Shown here in pieces: positions 10,646 to 20,862 of a DNA stretch of 57,412 bases; the first letter of the stretch is position 1, and the number at the start of each line of letters is the position of its first letter. The stretch is from Bacteroidota bacterium. Lineage in GTDB: Bacteria > Bacteroidota > Bacteroidia > Chitinophagales > LD1. Under the pieces are notes generated by a model that did not search any database, was not told where the DNA came from, and worked only from the letters and a program-made list of their open reading frames with translations. Position numbers and translations under genes: made by a program. The stretch is from assembly GCA_025963485.1 (NCBI GenBank), contig JAOQAO010000265.1:1-57412 (forward strand), in the 5' to 3' direction.

Positions 10646-10733
10646 CCTCATCCAACCCTCTCCGAAGGAGAGGGCTAACACCAAATACAGTCCTCACCTA
10701 AATCCTCTCCAAAGGAGAGGACTTTAATACAAG
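10646..10733. repeat. Tandem pair of REP-like palindromes
   Basis: ccctctcc-gaa-ggagaggg and tcctctcc-aaa-ggagagga, each preceded by cctca and followed by aataca. Confidence 0.8.
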
Positions 10734-11393
10734 TCAGATGCTCCTGAGTGGCACATCAAGGAAGACGTTGAACTCCTGGGGGAAATTGACGCTGACGCGG
10801 GCATGGATGCTGCCTTGCGCATCGTAGAATTTTGCCGCAGGCACCAATGGGAAAATACCCTCGTGCCAGACGCCGGGATGTATATATAATCCCTGAGTAC
10901 CGTCGAAGTAGAAAGTCACGAACTTATCCGGCGTCACATCATCCCCCGGCAAAGCCAATGGCGTAACGAAAGGCGAATTATCGAGCGGAAAGAACAACTG
11001 GCCTCCATCGGGATGATAGTTGGCATGCCATAGCAAGATACGCTCCGGGGCGCTCTCGTGGATGGCGTCTTTGCGCGCTTCGCCGGGATTGACAGACCAG
11101 CCGAGCAGGTACTCGTCGTGGACGGCGTTATTGCGGCCATAGAAGTAATCACCTTCGCGCCAGAACTCGAAGATGCCTTTCTTAGTACCTGCCTGATCGC
11201 CGGTACCGGCATCTATGGGGCGGCCATTGGGTTTGGGCCACTGTACGATCTCGATGGGGTAGCTATTGTAATCTTTCACCAACTCGCCGTATCCTTTCAG
11301 TGTCTCATTAGTGGCCCTCACCAGTTTGGTCGTGGCCCAGGGCAATGAAGCCGGGATATCGGGTGCGAGGTAATCTATGGGTTGTGCGCTCAT
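10734..11393 (-). CDS. Ureidoglycolate lyase family (cupin-like) protein
   Basis: NYHPDGGQLFFP and GLYIHPGVWH metal-binding motifs. Confidence 0.7.
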   Translation of the reverse strand: MSAQPIDYLAPDIPASLPWATTKLVRATNETLKGYGELVKDYNSYPIEIVQWPKPNGRPIDAGTGDQAGTKKGIFEFWREGDYFYGRNNAVHDEYLLGWSVNPGEARKDAIHESAPERILLWHANYHPDGGQLFFPLDNSPFVTPLALPGDDVTPDKFVTFYFDGTQGLYIHPGVWHEGIFPLVPAAKFYDAQGSIHARVSVNFPQEFNVFLDVPLRSI

Positions 11394-11477
11394 ATCTATC
11401 GTTTGTGCTAAAGTACTAAGAAGTATTTATTGAGTATATGAAATTTTATTATTTTGCCGACATAATCAAAACATATC

Positions 11478-12389
11478 ATGCCCATGAAAACCCTTTTCCT
11501 ATCTGCACTCGCGCTGCTCCTTACGGTCAGCTCCTTTGCCAAAGGCACTCCAAAGGAATCAGTAGATACTGCCTCTATCAATATGGATGACATACTGGCT
11601 ACTATCGATAGCCTCAAATATCAAAAGTCCGGCACGGTCACCCTGGGCAGTATCGGAACGCTGGAGATACCCAAAGGCTTCAAATACCTCGATGGCAAGC
11701 AGGCTTCCTATGTACTGCACGATCTATGGGGCAATCCGCCTTCTGAGTCACTCGGCATGCTGATGCCGGAGCACACGAGTCCATACCTGCGTGACTGCTG
11801 GGCTATAGACATGACATACGAGGAAGACGGCCACGTGAAAGATGATGATGCCAAAGACATCAAATACAACGAACTGCTCAAGCAGATGCAGGACCAGATA
11901 AAAGAGCAAAACCCAGAGCGCGTCAAACAGGGTGGCAGGGCTATAGAGCTCACGGGATGGGCTGAGCAGCCATACTATGACGCAGCTGCACATAAGCTAT
12001 ACTGGGCTAAAAAACTACGCGCCATAGGTGACACAGTAGAAACCCTCAACTACAATATCAGGATATTGGGACGCAAAGGAGTACTGGTACTGAATGCTAT
12101 CGGCAGTACAGACCAGCTGCCGGAGATCAAAGCACAAAACTCGACAATGCTGGCTGCCACCAACTTCACATCAGGCAATACTTATGGGGAGTTTAACAGT
12201 AGCGTAGATAAAGTAGCAGCCTATGGTATCGCCGGCCTGATAGCGGGCGGCATCCTGGCCAAAACAGGACTCTTCGCCAAAATAGGTATCCTGCTGCTGA
12301 AATTCCTCAAACCGCTGATAATCGGTATAGGTGCTTTATTCGCTGGAGTAGCACGCTTCTTCAAGGGAAGGAAAGAAGGCAATAGCTAA
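11478..12389 (+). CDS. DUF2167 domain protein
   Basis: Signal peptide; WGNPP, GHVKDDDA, GWAEQPYYD, LNYNIRILGRKGVL and DKVAAYG motifs; C-terminal TM. Confidence 0.9.
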   Translation: MPMKTLFLSALALLLTVSSFAKGTPKESVDTASINMDDILATIDSLKYQKSGTVTLGSIGTLEIPKGFKYLDGKQASYVLHDLWGNPPSESLGMLMPEHTSPYLRDCWAIDMTYEEDGHVKDDDAKDIKYNELLKQMQDQIKEQNPERVKQGGRAIELTGWAEQPYYDAAAHKLYWAKKLRAIGDTVETLNYNIRILGRKGVLVLNAIGSTDQLPEIKAQNSTMLAATNFTSGNTYGEFNSSVDKVAAYGIAGLIAGGILAKTGLFAKIGILLLKFLKPLIIGIGALFAGVARFFKGRKEGNS

Positions 12390-12466
12390 AAGCAGCAAGG
12401 GCTTCAACGGCATTGGCACATTAGCATATTTTCAGTTACTTTCGCCCACTCAAACGAATAGAAAAT

Positions 12467-14230
12467 ATGTACAGGACAAAGACTTGCGGAGAGCTGAGGC
12501 TTAGCAATGCAAATGAGACAGTGACCCTCGCAGGATGGGTGCAGATAGTGCGTGATATGGGACATCTCATATTCATAGATCTGCGTGATCGCTATGGCAT
12601 GACCCAACTATCTCTAAACGCCGACAGCGATGCTGCCCTTTATAATATGGCTCGGAGTCTTGGTCGTGAGTATGTGATACAGGTGACAGGTAAAGTGATT
12701 GAGAGGACATCTAAGAATTCCGAAATGGCCACGGGAGACATTGAGATATTTGTAGAGAACCTTACTATACTCAATGAGGCTGAAACACCTCCGTTCACTA
12801 TAGAGAATAAAAGCGATGGCGGTGAGGAACTGCGTATGAAATACCGCTACCTCGACATACGCCGCCCACACCTGAAAGATGTGCTGGTGACACGCGCTAC
12901 AATGATACGCGCTATGCGCGAATACCTGGATAGCAAGAACTTCATCGAAGTAGAAACGCCTAACCTGATCAAGTCAACACCTGAGGGAGCAAGGGATTTC
13001 CTGGTACCATCGCGTATGCAGAATGGCTCCTTCTATGCACTGCCGCAATCGCCGCAGATACTGAAGCAACTGCTGATGGTGGCTGGCATGGACCGTTACT
13101 ACCAGGTAGTGAAGTGCTACAGGGATGAGGACTTTCGCGGAGACAGGCAACCGGAGTTCACCCAACTCGACTGCGAGATGAGCTTTGTGAATCAGGAAGA
13201 CGTATTCGAGAATTTCGAAGGGATGGTAAAGCATGTTTTCAAAAAGACGAATGGTGTGGAATTGCCAGACTTTATCCGCCTCACCTTTGCCGATGCAGTA
13301 AAATATTATGGCTCTGATAAACCGGACCTGCGCTTCGACTGCAAGATCGTAGAACTGAATGATAGCCTGCCTAAATCAGAATTTCCGGTATTCAATAATG
13401 CTATTGCCGCAGGCAATCTCGTAGCAGCGATCAATGCCAAGGGCTGCGCTGCATATTCACGCAAGCAACTGGATGAGCTGACAGAATTCGTCAAGGCATC
13501 ACATCGCGGACTGAGTGGTTTGGTGAATATCAAGTTCAACGAAGATGGCACTGTGAAATCATCCGTAGATAAATTCTACAATGAGGAACAACTGAAAGAA
13601 ATCGGTAAAGCGCTCGGTGCGGAAAAAGGTGACCTCATCCTCATCGCAGCAGAGAAGGCATCTAAGGTCCGCAAGTCGCTCGGTGACCTGCGCCTGGAGC
13701 TGGCTAAGCGTGAGAGCTGGATCAAGCCGGGAACATGGAGTGTATTCTGGGTAGTGGACTTCCCGCTATTTGAGAAAGATGAAGAGACGGGCGAGACCAA
13801 CTTCGTACACCATCCATTCTGCTCACCGCATCCGGATGACCTGCAGTATTTTGACTCTGACCCATTGCGCGTACGTGCACAGACTTATGACATGGTGATG
13901 AACGGAAATGAGATCCTCTCTGGTTCCATCCGTATCCATCAGCGCGAACTGCAGAACAGGGTATTCAACAAACTTGGATTCTCCCAGGAGGATATCGATC
14001 ATAAGTTTGGTTTTATGCTGAATGCATTCAGGTATGGTGCGCCTCCTCACGGTGGCTGTGCATTTGGTATAGACAGATGGGTGATGCTGATGACAGGTGG
14101 AGAAACGATCCGCGACTCTATGGCATTCCCTAAGGCGTCTAACGGACGTGACCTGATGATGGATGCTCCTGCCCTCGTCGATCCTAAACAACTCACAGAG
14201 CTGGGCATAGCAGTAGTCAATAAAGACTAG
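12467..14230 (+). CDS. aspS: Aspartate--tRNA ligase
   Basis: MYRT..CGEL OB fold, PEGARDFLVP, LPQSPQ, RDED.R.DRQPEFTQ.D.E and GAPPHGG motifs. Confidence 0.98.
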   Translation: MYRTKTCGELRLSNANETVTLAGWVQIVRDMGHLIFIDLRDRYGMTQLSLNADSDAALYNMARSLGREYVIQVTGKVIERTSKNSEMATGDIEIFVENLTILNEAETPPFTIENKSDGGEELRMKYRYLDIRRPHLKDVLVTRATMIRAMREYLDSKNFIEVETPNLIKSTPEGARDFLVPSRMQNGSFYALPQSPQILKQLLMVAGMDRYYQVVKCYRDEDFRGDRQPEFTQLDCEMSFVNQEDVFENFEGMVKHVFKKTNGVELPDFIRLTFADAVKYYGSDKPDLRFDCKIVELNDSLPKSEFPVFNNAIAAGNLVAAINAKGCAAYSRKQLDELTEFVKASHRGLSGLVNIKFNEDGTVKSSVDKFYNEEQLKEIGKALGAEKGDLILIAAEKASKVRKSLGDLRLELAKRESWIKPGTWSVFWVVDFPLFEKDEETGETNFVHHPFCSPHPDDLQYFDSDPLRVRAQTYDMVMNGNEILSGSIRIHQRELQNRVFNKLGFSQEDIDHKFGFMLNAFRYGAPPHGGCAFGIDRWVMLMTGGETIRDSMAFPKASNGRDLMMDAPALVDPKQLTELGIAVVNKD

Positions 14231-14250
14231 TGATACCAATGCTTTGATCG

Positions 14251-14625
14251 GTGATTAACAAATATTCAGTTTTTACGGAAAGTGGTTTTCGTATCTTTAC
14301 GGGAGTGAAGAAAGTCGTTGCCATATTAATGCTGTTTGCAGTCCTGCTCGGAACTGTGACCAAAGATATGTCTGCAGCCAAGGCTGTAAAAAGTGTCTAT
14401 TCGCAGAATGATAGTTCTGATAAAGACGATACCAAAGATGACGACTGTGATACCAAAGACGTGACCGGAAAGGAACTTGCTGATAAGTTTCATCTGTCTC
14501 ATTCCTATTTCACCTTTAATGCTCATCTATACAGCACACTGTTTTCATGCGTATCTATGCGCAGCAACAGCATCGAAAACCCCTACCTGGAGTCTATCTC
14601 CCTTCCACCAGAGTTATTGTCTTAG
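14251..14625 (+). CDS. Hypothetical small exported protein (true start probably ~14305)
   Basis: Signal-like segment, acidic linker, terminal PPE; precedes the SulP gene. Confidence 0.5.
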   Translation: MINKYSVFTESGFRIFTGVKKVVAILMLFAVLLGTVTKDMSAAKAVKSVYSQNDSSDKDDTKDDDCDTKDVTGKELADKFHLSHSYFTFNAHLYSTLFSCVSMRSNSIENPYLESISLPPELLS

Positions 14626-14750
14626 TTAATTATTTAAGCTAAACCGATAGCATATATAGCCATACGCTATATGGCATCCTCACGCTTATCATGCTTCTGC
14701 ATTTGTGCAGATCGCCATGCCCATTCCTTATTATCTAAAACAATAACAAT

Positions 14751-16943
14751 ATGATCTCTAAAATAAAAAATGATCTTCCCTCATCTATCGTCGTCTTCTT
14801 AGTTGCCCTGCCACTGTGCCTCGGGGTGGCGCTTGCGTCGGGCGCTCCTCTCCTGGCCGGTCTTATTTCGGGTATCATCGGCGGTATCATTGTCGGTGCC
14901 ATCAGTGGTTCCCCGTCGTGTGTGAGCGGGCCTGCTGCGGGCCTTACAGCTGTCGTTCTGTCCTCTATCACGCAGCTGGGTAGCTTTGAGGTATTCCTGT
15001 CTGCGCTGGTTATCGCCGGAGCGCTGCAGCTTATCATGGGATTGGCCCGGGCGGGTTTTATCGCCAATTATATTCCTTCCAACATCATCAAGGGCCTCCT
15101 TGCCGCCATTGGCATCATCCTTATCATGAAGCAGATACCACATGCTGTGGGATTTGACAGAGATGCTGAGGGCGACTTCGCATTTCTCCAGCTTGATGGC
15201 ACCAACACACTTTCGGAATTGTTGCTGCTACCAAGGTTTTTCTCTATGGGTTCGATCATCATCAGCATGTTATCCATCGCAGTACTCGTGTTTTGGGACC
15301 TAACCCCTATGCGCAAGATCAAATTTTTCCCCGCTTCCCTATGTGTGGTATTGCTGGGCGTTGGTCTTAATTATCTGTTTGGCGTGGTGAATCCGTCCCT
15401 TTCTATCGCTCAAAACCACTTGGTGAAATTGCCCGAGGTGTCACTTAGCCATCTCTCCGATGTGCTACATTTCCCTTCTTTAGCAGCCTTTGCCAACTAT
15501 AAAGTTTGGGTGGTGGGTTTCACCGTAGCGGTAGTAGCTTCTATAGAAACACTCCTCAATCTGGAAGCCGTAGATAATCTGGATACTCACAAAAGAGAAT
15601 CTCCACCTAACAGGGAATTGATAGCCCAGGGATTCGGCAATATGGTCGCCGGGATGATAGGTGGGATACCGGTCACGTCTGTCGTGGTGCGCGGATCGGT
15701 CAATGTATATGCAGGGGCTCAATCCAAGGCTTCTACTATCCTGCATGGTGTATTGCTATTGATGAGTATATTGGTCCTTACGCCATTTCTTAATACTATA
15801 CCACTCGCGGCCCTTGCTGCTATCCTGCTGGTGACAGGCTACAAACTCACCAAGATCTCCCTCTTTAAGGAGATGTATAAGAAAGGGTGGAACCAGTTTA
15901 TTCCATTTGTGGTGACTATCGTGGCCATTGTCTTTACGGACCTGCTGATAGGGATATTGATAGGACTGGCAGTCAGTATCTTTTTTATCCTCAGGAGCAA
16001 TTTCAAAAATCCATTCATTCTGGAAAAGCAAAAGCTACATGTCAATGAAACGATACGGCTGGAGCTCTCCACTCAGGTTTCTTTCCTCAACAGGGCAAGC
16101 ATCAAAGCGACGCTGTGGGGGATAGCGGAAAACAGTAAGGTCATCATCGATGCATCGAACTGCGACTTTATCGATCAGGATATACAGGAGCTGATCAGTG
16201 ATTTTAAGACTGTAGTAGCGGTCGAAAAGAATATAGAACTGAATATCATCGGGCTAAAAAAAGAATATGAGCTGACAGACCATGTGCAGTTCGTAAATGT
16301 ACTGGACAAAAAAACCCAGGAGAACCTAACGCCCAATGATATCATGGGAATACTCAAAGCGGGGAATGAGCGGTTCGTCAGCGGCAATGGCATCCATAAA
16401 TACCTGCATCAGCAGATCGATGCTACGTCTACAGAGCAATACCCGATGGCGGTGGTGTTGGGATGTATAGATTCGCGTACATCACCCGAGCTGATCTTTG
16501 ACCTGGGGATCGGTGATATATTATCAACACGTGTGGCAGGTAATATCGTCTCTCCCGAAGTGATAGGCAGCCTCGAACTGGCCTGCTCAGAGATCAGGGC
16601 CAAACTGATCGTCGTGATGGGTCACTCTAACTGCGGCGCAGTATCGAGCGCAGTCAGTAACCTCAAAAAAGGAAATATCGGATATGTGACGTCAAAAATA
16701 CGGCCAGCGGTACATGCAGTATTGAGCCAGCATAGGGACCGGAAAGAATGGGAAAAAGAGATAACCATCCAGAATATCAAAAACTCAGTCGACGAGATCA
16801 TTCAAAACAGCGAAATCCTGTCTGACATGATAAGCCGCCGGGAGGTCGGTATAGTAGCGGCTTACTACGATACAGAAACGGGGCGGGTATCATTTTATCA
16901 ATACGAAATGAAGGCTATGGGCATGGAACTTCAAAATATATGA
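14751..16943 (+). CDS. SulP anion transporter fused to beta-carbonic anhydrase
   Basis: SulP core (ALPLCLGVALASG, VSGPAAG, NRELIAQG), STAS-like linker, beta-CA zinc ligands GCIDSR and GHSNCG. Confidence 0.93.
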   Translation: MISKIKNDLPSSIVVFLVALPLCLGVALASGAPLLAGLISGIIGGIIVGAISGSPSCVSGPAAGLTAVVLSSITQLGSFEVFLSALVIAGALQLIMGLARAGFIANYIPSNIIKGLLAAIGIILIMKQIPHAVGFDRDAEGDFAFLQLDGTNTLSELLLLPRFFSMGSIIISMLSIAVLVFWDLTPMRKIKFFPASLCVVLLGVGLNYLFGVVNPSLSIAQNHLVKLPEVSLSHLSDVLHFPSLAAFANYKVWVVGFTVAVVASIETLLNLEAVDNLDTHKRESPPNRELIAQGFGNMVAGMIGGIPVTSVVVRGSVNVYAGAQSKASTILHGVLLLMSILVLTPFLNTIPLAALAAILLVTGYKLTKISLFKEMYKKGWNQFIPFVVTIVAIVFTDLLIGILIGLAVSIFFILRSNFKNPFILEKQKLHVNETIRLELSTQVSFLNRASIKATLWGIAENSKVIIDASNCDFIDQDIQELISDFKTVVAVEKNIELNIIGLKKEYELTDHVQFVNVLDKKTQENLTPNDIMGILKAGNERFVSGNGIHKYLHQQIDATSTEQYPMAVVLGCIDSRTSPELIFDLGIGDILSTRVAGNIVSPEVIGSLELACSEIRAKLIVVMGHSNCGAVSSAVSNLKKGNIGYVTSKIRPAVHAVLSQHRDRKEWEKEITIQNIKNSVDEIIQNSEILSDMISRREVGIVAAYYDTETGRVSFYQYEMKAMGMELQNI

Positions 16944-16948
16944 ATAAA

Positions 16949-16979
16949 TAATGCCCCTTGACCGGCAGAAGGGGCATTA
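16949..16979 (+). terminator. Hairpin after SulP-CA
   Basis: taatgcccctt...aaggggcatta. Confidence 0.55.
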
Positions 16980-17042
16980 CTATTATGTTTTGGCCGCCCG
17001 TTATTTTCATTCAAAAAAGTATAGCGGGTATCGGGATTTTTT

Positions 17043-17050
17043 TATATTTG
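17043..17050 (+). promoter_or_regulatory. Bacteroidota -7 promoter element for the tRNA pair
   Basis: TATATTTG matches TAnnTTTG, about 46 nt before tRNA-Ser. Confidence 0.65.
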
Positions 17051-17096
17051 CACTCCCCTAACGGGAAACAAGGGCGAAAGTTATGTTTTCCTGTAT

Positions 17097-17185
17097 GGAG
17101 AGATGGGTGAGAGGCTGAAACCACCAGTTTGCTAAACTGACGTACGGGTTAAACTGTACCGAGGGTTCGAATCCCTCTCTCTCCG
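17097..17185 (+). tRNA. tRNA-Ser(GCT)
   Basis: GGAGAGA/TCTCTCC acceptor stem, anticodon loop ttGCTaa, long variable arm, GGTTCGAATCC T-arm. Confidence 0.96.
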
Positions 17186-17217
17186 CACCTAGGTAAGAAA
17201 TTCGGCTATAAACAGTT

Positions 17218-17292
17218 CGGGGTGTAGCGCAGCCCGGTTAGCGCACCTGCTTTGGGAGCAGGGGGTCCCAAGTTCGAATCTTGGTACCCCGA
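17218..17292 (+). tRNA. tRNA-Pro(TGG); island integration target
   Basis: CGGGGTG/TACCCCG acceptor stem, cctgc-ttTGGga-gcagg anticodon arm, GTTCGAATC T-loop. Confidence 0.96.
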
Positions 17293-17294
17293 CA
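17246..17294 (+). repeat. attL core (49-bp direct repeat)
   Basis: cctgctttgggagcagggggtcccaagttcgaatcttggtaccccgaca, identical at 48403-48451. Confidence 0.95.
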
Positions 17295-17303
17295 TTGAGA
17301 ATC

Positions 17304-17337
17304 AAGCGATTAGGAGCCAAATCCTAGTCGCTTTTTT
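17304..17337 (+). terminator. Element-supplied terminator after tRNA-Pro
   Basis: aagcgattagga...tcctagtcgctt followed by a T tract. Confidence 0.75.
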
Positions 17338-17341
17338 CATT

Positions 17342-17360
17342 TAATAAGCATATAACAAGC
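17342..17360. repeat. Probable integrase arm-type site (left)
   Basis: taataagcatataacaagc; 18/19 identical to 48285-48303 inside the other end. Confidence 0.7.
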
Positions 17361-17401
17361 GGGAACCGCTTTTATATGAACTCATCGGGGCTCATCAGCC
17401 A

Positions 17402-17641
17402 TTATTCTCTTTCCAGTTCTTCTTCGCTTTCGCGCTCGTTTTCTGCCTGGGGCCCCTCAAGTTCCGCGAGGCGCTGCTTTTCCTTCTCCTTTTCCCATTG
17501 CTCAGCCCCGGCCAGGACGCCGCTGTCGTAGTCCTTATCCTGCGAAAGGCTCTCCTTGAGCTTTTCGAACAGGTCGGGCGAATACCTCGCGAGCTTGTAG
17601 CCATCGTTAAAACCCTTCACGTAATTCGGTTCTTGTTCCAT
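17402..17641 (-). CDS. Hypothetical acidic protein coupled to the excisionase-like gene
   Basis: 79 aa; start overlaps the stop of 17641-17925. Confidence 0.75.
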   Translation of the reverse strand: MEQEPNYVKGFNDGYKLARYSPDLFEKLKESLSQDKDYDSGVLAGAEQWEKEKEKQRLAELEGPQAENERESEEELERE

Positions 17642-17925
17642 CAGAATGTTTTTTGCGCGTTCCGTTCGAGGAAATCCAAGATGGAATCCCGATCATATAA
17701 AATTACTTTGTGGCTCAACCTGGAGAATCCGATATCCCCGGCGTCACGGTACTCCTGGAGCGTCGTGCGCGAGGTTATCTTGAGCATGGCCATCGCCTCT
17801 TCTATGTCTATCCATTTGTTCACCTTTGGCAGCCCGTGCTTCGCGTCTATGTGAGCGACCACCTCGTCTATGAGCGCATAGAACGCCGACGTCTTTATGC
17901 AGATTACATCATCCTTAGGTGCCAT
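17641..17925 (-). CDS. Helix-turn-helix DNA-binding protein, excisionase-like
   Basis: WIDIEEAMAMLKITSRTTLQEYRDAGDIGFS...ILY winged-HTH pattern; at the island end. Confidence 0.85.
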   Translation of the reverse strand: MAPKDDVICIKTSAFYALIDEVVAHIDAKHGLPKVNKWIDIEEAMAMLKITSRTTLQEYRDAGDIGFSRLSHKVILYDRDSILDFLERNAQKTF

Positions 17926-18029
17926 GCTTGAAAATTAATTACCGTCAAAATTAAGGTTTATTTTTTCACATCGGAAAAGCATACTCTAATCTATAATTTT
18001 TAGATTAGGGAGTTCTTAATTTGCGACTA

Positions 18030-18491
18030 ATGGCAGCAGAAACGTATAACGTTTATAAGCTCAAAAATGAGTTTTCAGTATGGGGATATGACTACGTTGC
18101 CGTAAGTGAAAATTTCTGGTTCACCTTTTCATTCAGCGATACTCATATTAACTATCGAAGAACGGACGCCGAGTTGGCGGATTATATTTCCGAAGATTAC
18201 GAACCTGTTTCTTATTGGTTCCAGTTCGACCGAGAAGCTCTTGAACGGAAAATCTTTACTCAATACAGAGAGGATCACTATACTGTAACTGCATACAATA
18301 AAGAGGACGCGTCTGAAATTTCCTCCATAACTATCACCCTTGGTAAAGGCAAGTCTTATGTAGAGCACAAGTTTGACGTGGGCCTTACCTCGGTGAAACC
18401 GGCAAAGTATTTCCAAATGTTTGCTGATTTTAAAGAACTTCTTTCCGAAGCCGAAGTGTTCAAGACTTTTCTTTTTAGCCGTTCCGAGTAA
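18030..18491 (+). CDS. Hypothetical protein
   Basis: ~153-aa ORF filling the gap; converges on a hairpin at 18526-18547. Confidence 0.65.
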   Translation: MAAETYNVYKLKNEFSVWGYDYVAVSENFWFTFSFSDTHINYRRTDAELADYISEDYEPVSYWFQFDREALERKIFTQYREDHYTVTAYNKEDASEISSITITLGKGKSYVEHKFDVGLTSVKPAKYFQMFADFKELLSEAEVFKTFLFSRSE

Positions 18492-18525
18492 ATGCCGTTT
18501 TTGAAGTTGGCTGTCGAACCACAAT

Positions 18526-18547
18526 AAAAAATAGCCTAAGGCTATTT
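18526..18547. terminator. Hairpin between convergent genes
   Basis: aaatagcc-taa-ggctattt with an upstream A tract. Confidence 0.55.
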
Positions 18548-18550
18548 GAA

Positions 18551-19459
18551 TTATTCAATTATTCGAGAAATAATCTGTTTTACGACTGGCACACTTACCG
18601 CATTGCCCAAACATTTATACCTCTGTCCATCGCTGATACGTTTTGTATTTCCATTTTCATCCACGCCTCTTTCAGTCCAGCCATCAGGGAACCCCTGCAG
18701 CCGCTCACATTCGAGGGGTGTAAGTCGGCGTAATCTGCCATCAGATGCGGGTGTGAACACCTCCCCACGGGTAGTCAGGGTATGTGAAAGCCCCTTTGCG
18801 ACCCTTCCACGCCTGTACTTTGAGTTTGGGAATGAGATATCAACCCCATCACCTACAGCAGCTACAGCATAGCCGACTGATGTGGCTTCGCGCACTGCTA
18901 CAACAGGGTGGCCCTGTACAATATCCTTCGCCCTCGTCTCTCGGATAGGAAATACTTCGGGTCTGTACGTGCCTCTAATATTTCCAACAATGTAGACCCG
19001 CTGCCTGTTTTGGGCAAGCCCGAAATTCTTGCTGTCAAGCACCTGCCACTGTAGGTCATACCCCAATTCGTCAAGCGTACTGATGACTGTAGCAAAGGTT
19101 TTCCCTTCGTTGTGACTGAGAAGCCCTTTGACGTTTTCAAGCAACAGAAAGCGAGGCCGGCAGTGTTCGACAATCCTTGCGATCTCAAAAAAGAGATTTC
19201 CTCTGCTGTCATTGAATCCCTTTCTTTTGCCAGCAATGGAAAACGCCTGACAAGGAAATCCTCCGACCAGGAGATCAAAGGCTGGCAGGTCTTCGGGTTT
19301 GATTTTGGTAACGTCGCCATAGTTTTTGTGGTCCGGGAAATGGGAGCGATAAATGGAAATGGCGTAAGGGTCAATCTCGGAATACCCGATACACCGAGCC
19401 CTTTTGCCTATGCCCCTCTCAAAGCCCCCAATACCGGAGAATAGAGATAAGTAAGTCAC
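18551..19459 (-). CDS. DNA (cytosine-5)-methyltransferase, orphan
   Basis: LFSGIGG, GGFPCQ, ENV, QNRQRVY, RLTPLECERLQGFP and GNAV motifs; no adjacent restriction endonuclease recognised. Confidence 0.93.
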   Translation of the reverse strand: MTYLSLFSGIGGFERGIGKRARCIGYSEIDPYAISIYRSHFPDHKNYGDVTKIKPEDLPAFDLLVGGFPCQAFSIAGKRKGFNDSRGNLFFEIARIVEHCRPRFLLLENVKGLLSHNEGKTFATVISTLDELGYDLQWQVLDSKNFGLAQNRQRVYIVGNIRGTYRPEVFPIRETRAKDIVQGHPVVAVREATSVGYAVAAVGDGVDISFPNSKYRRGRVAKGLSHTLTTRGEVFTPASDGRLRRLTPLECERLQGFPDGWTERGVDENGNTKRISDGQRYKCLGNAVSVPVVKQIISRIIE

Positions 19460-19496
19460 ATGATTAAAGAACTAAGCTGATAATCTCGGAAAGCCT

Positions 19497-20669
19497 CTAA
19501 GGCGGGTCCTTGTCAGCCCCATGCACGATGCTGATGCCGCTAAACGGCTTGCTCGGCACGCCGTCTATCATCAGCTTCAAGAAGATGGAGTAGTTAGGCA
19601 AATTGATGAAATCCTCGACCTTAAAGGCTGGGTACATCTCGCGCGAGAGTATCTGCGCGTCCTCGGTACCGACCCGAAACGATATGAGGGTACCCGCGTT
19701 GCCGAGTATCGCCCTGCGCACATCGTCATCCATCTGATGCAGGTATTGGTTGGCGAGTATCAGACCTACTTTGAATTTGCGAAGCTCAGAGAACATGCCC
19801 ATGAGTGACTGCGTAGTGAAATTGTGGAACTCGTCCATGTAGACCATGAAAGGCACCCGCAATTCTTCCGCCGTATCTACTCGGCTAAATGCTGCGGAAT
19901 TAATCGAGCTGATGAACAATGCACCGAGCAGGTGCGCCACGTCCTCACCCACATGACCTTTCGAGAGATTGACCAAAATGATCTTCTTCTCATCCATAGC
20001 CTTTCTCAAATACACCTCCTCGGTGTTTTCTACTAGAACCCGCTTTATCACCGAGTGCGCGAGCATCCCGCCGAACTTGTTAAGTACGGGCAGCAGGTCA
20101 AACCTCGTATAGAATGGAAACTCCCGATCCCAAAAGAGGTTTACGCTCGGGTTTTCTACGTGGGATATACAACTGCGTCTAAAGGTCTTGTCCAATAGCA
20201 GCTTTGGAATATCAGCCAGAGTAGCAGAGGGCTGGTCTAAGAGGGTCAAAATGGAATAGCGTAATATATGCTCCAACTTAACGCCCCACGCGTCTGACCA
20301 CAGTTTCTTGAATACATCCAAGATACTCGATGCTACAAGTGACCGTTTCTCGTAAGTCACTTTCTTGAATGGGTTGTACCTAAGAGTAAGAGCCGGGTTC
20401 GGTATGTCAAAATAAATAACGTCATCCTTACGCTCAGCCGGTATAGATTGATATATGCCCTCTACTAGATCGCTATGCGGGTCCAATATGCAGGCACCCC
20501 GGCCCGCGTAAACGTCCTGCAAGAACATGGTCTTAATCATCGTGGACTTTCCGGTGCCTGTCTTTCCCACGATGTAGGTATGCATCAGGCGGTCCTTCTG
20601 CCAGATGCCGAAAGGAGTGCCGGCATTTCTAAAGTCCGTCTTCGCAAAGTATGTGATGTCAGTTTTCAT
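19497..20669 (-). CDS. TraG/TrwB/VirD4-like ATPase without a membrane anchor
   Basis: Walker A GKTGTGKS, Walker B YMDEFHNF, SELRKF..GLILANQ and GNAGTLISFRVG motifs. Confidence 0.85.
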   Translation of the reverse strand: MKTDITYFAKTDFRNAGTPFGIWQKDRLMHTYIVGKTGTGKSTMIKTMFLQDVYAGRGACILDPHSDLVEGIYQSIPAERKDDVIYFDIPNPALTLRYNPFKKVTYEKRSLVASSILDVFKKLWSDAWGVKLEHILRYSILTLLDQPSATLADIPKLLLDKTFRRSCISHVENPSVNLFWDREFPFYTRFDLLPVLNKFGGMLAHSVIKRVLVENTEEVYLRKAMDEKKIILVNLSKGHVGEDVAHLLGALFISSINSAAFSRVDTAEELRVPFMVYMDEFHNFTTQSLMGMFSELRKFKVGLILANQYLHQMDDDVRRAILGNAGTLISFRVGTEDAQILSREMYPAFKVEDFINLPNYSIFLKLMIDGVPSKPFSGISIVHGADKDPP

Positions 20670-20862
20670 ACTGTCAGTGTTCCAAGAAACAGAGGCGCAG
20701 CATACTGAAGCAAAATCTCCATCACAACAAATTGACGTAGGGTATTCAAGCGATAAAACAGTAGTGAGTTTTTGTTGCTAGAAACAAATAGCCTGCATTT
20801 AATACGGCCTTCGTAGTTGCTAGCCTTTATCTGGGAATATTCCTTCACAAAAAAATATCATC

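Noticed and set aside
14751..16943. SulP-carbonic anhydrase fusion as a novelty
   Set aside because: This is a known fusion architecture.
18551..19459. Complete type II restriction-modification system
   Set aside because: No cognate endonuclease is recognisable; the convergent 18030-18491 ORF shows no nuclease motif I can support.
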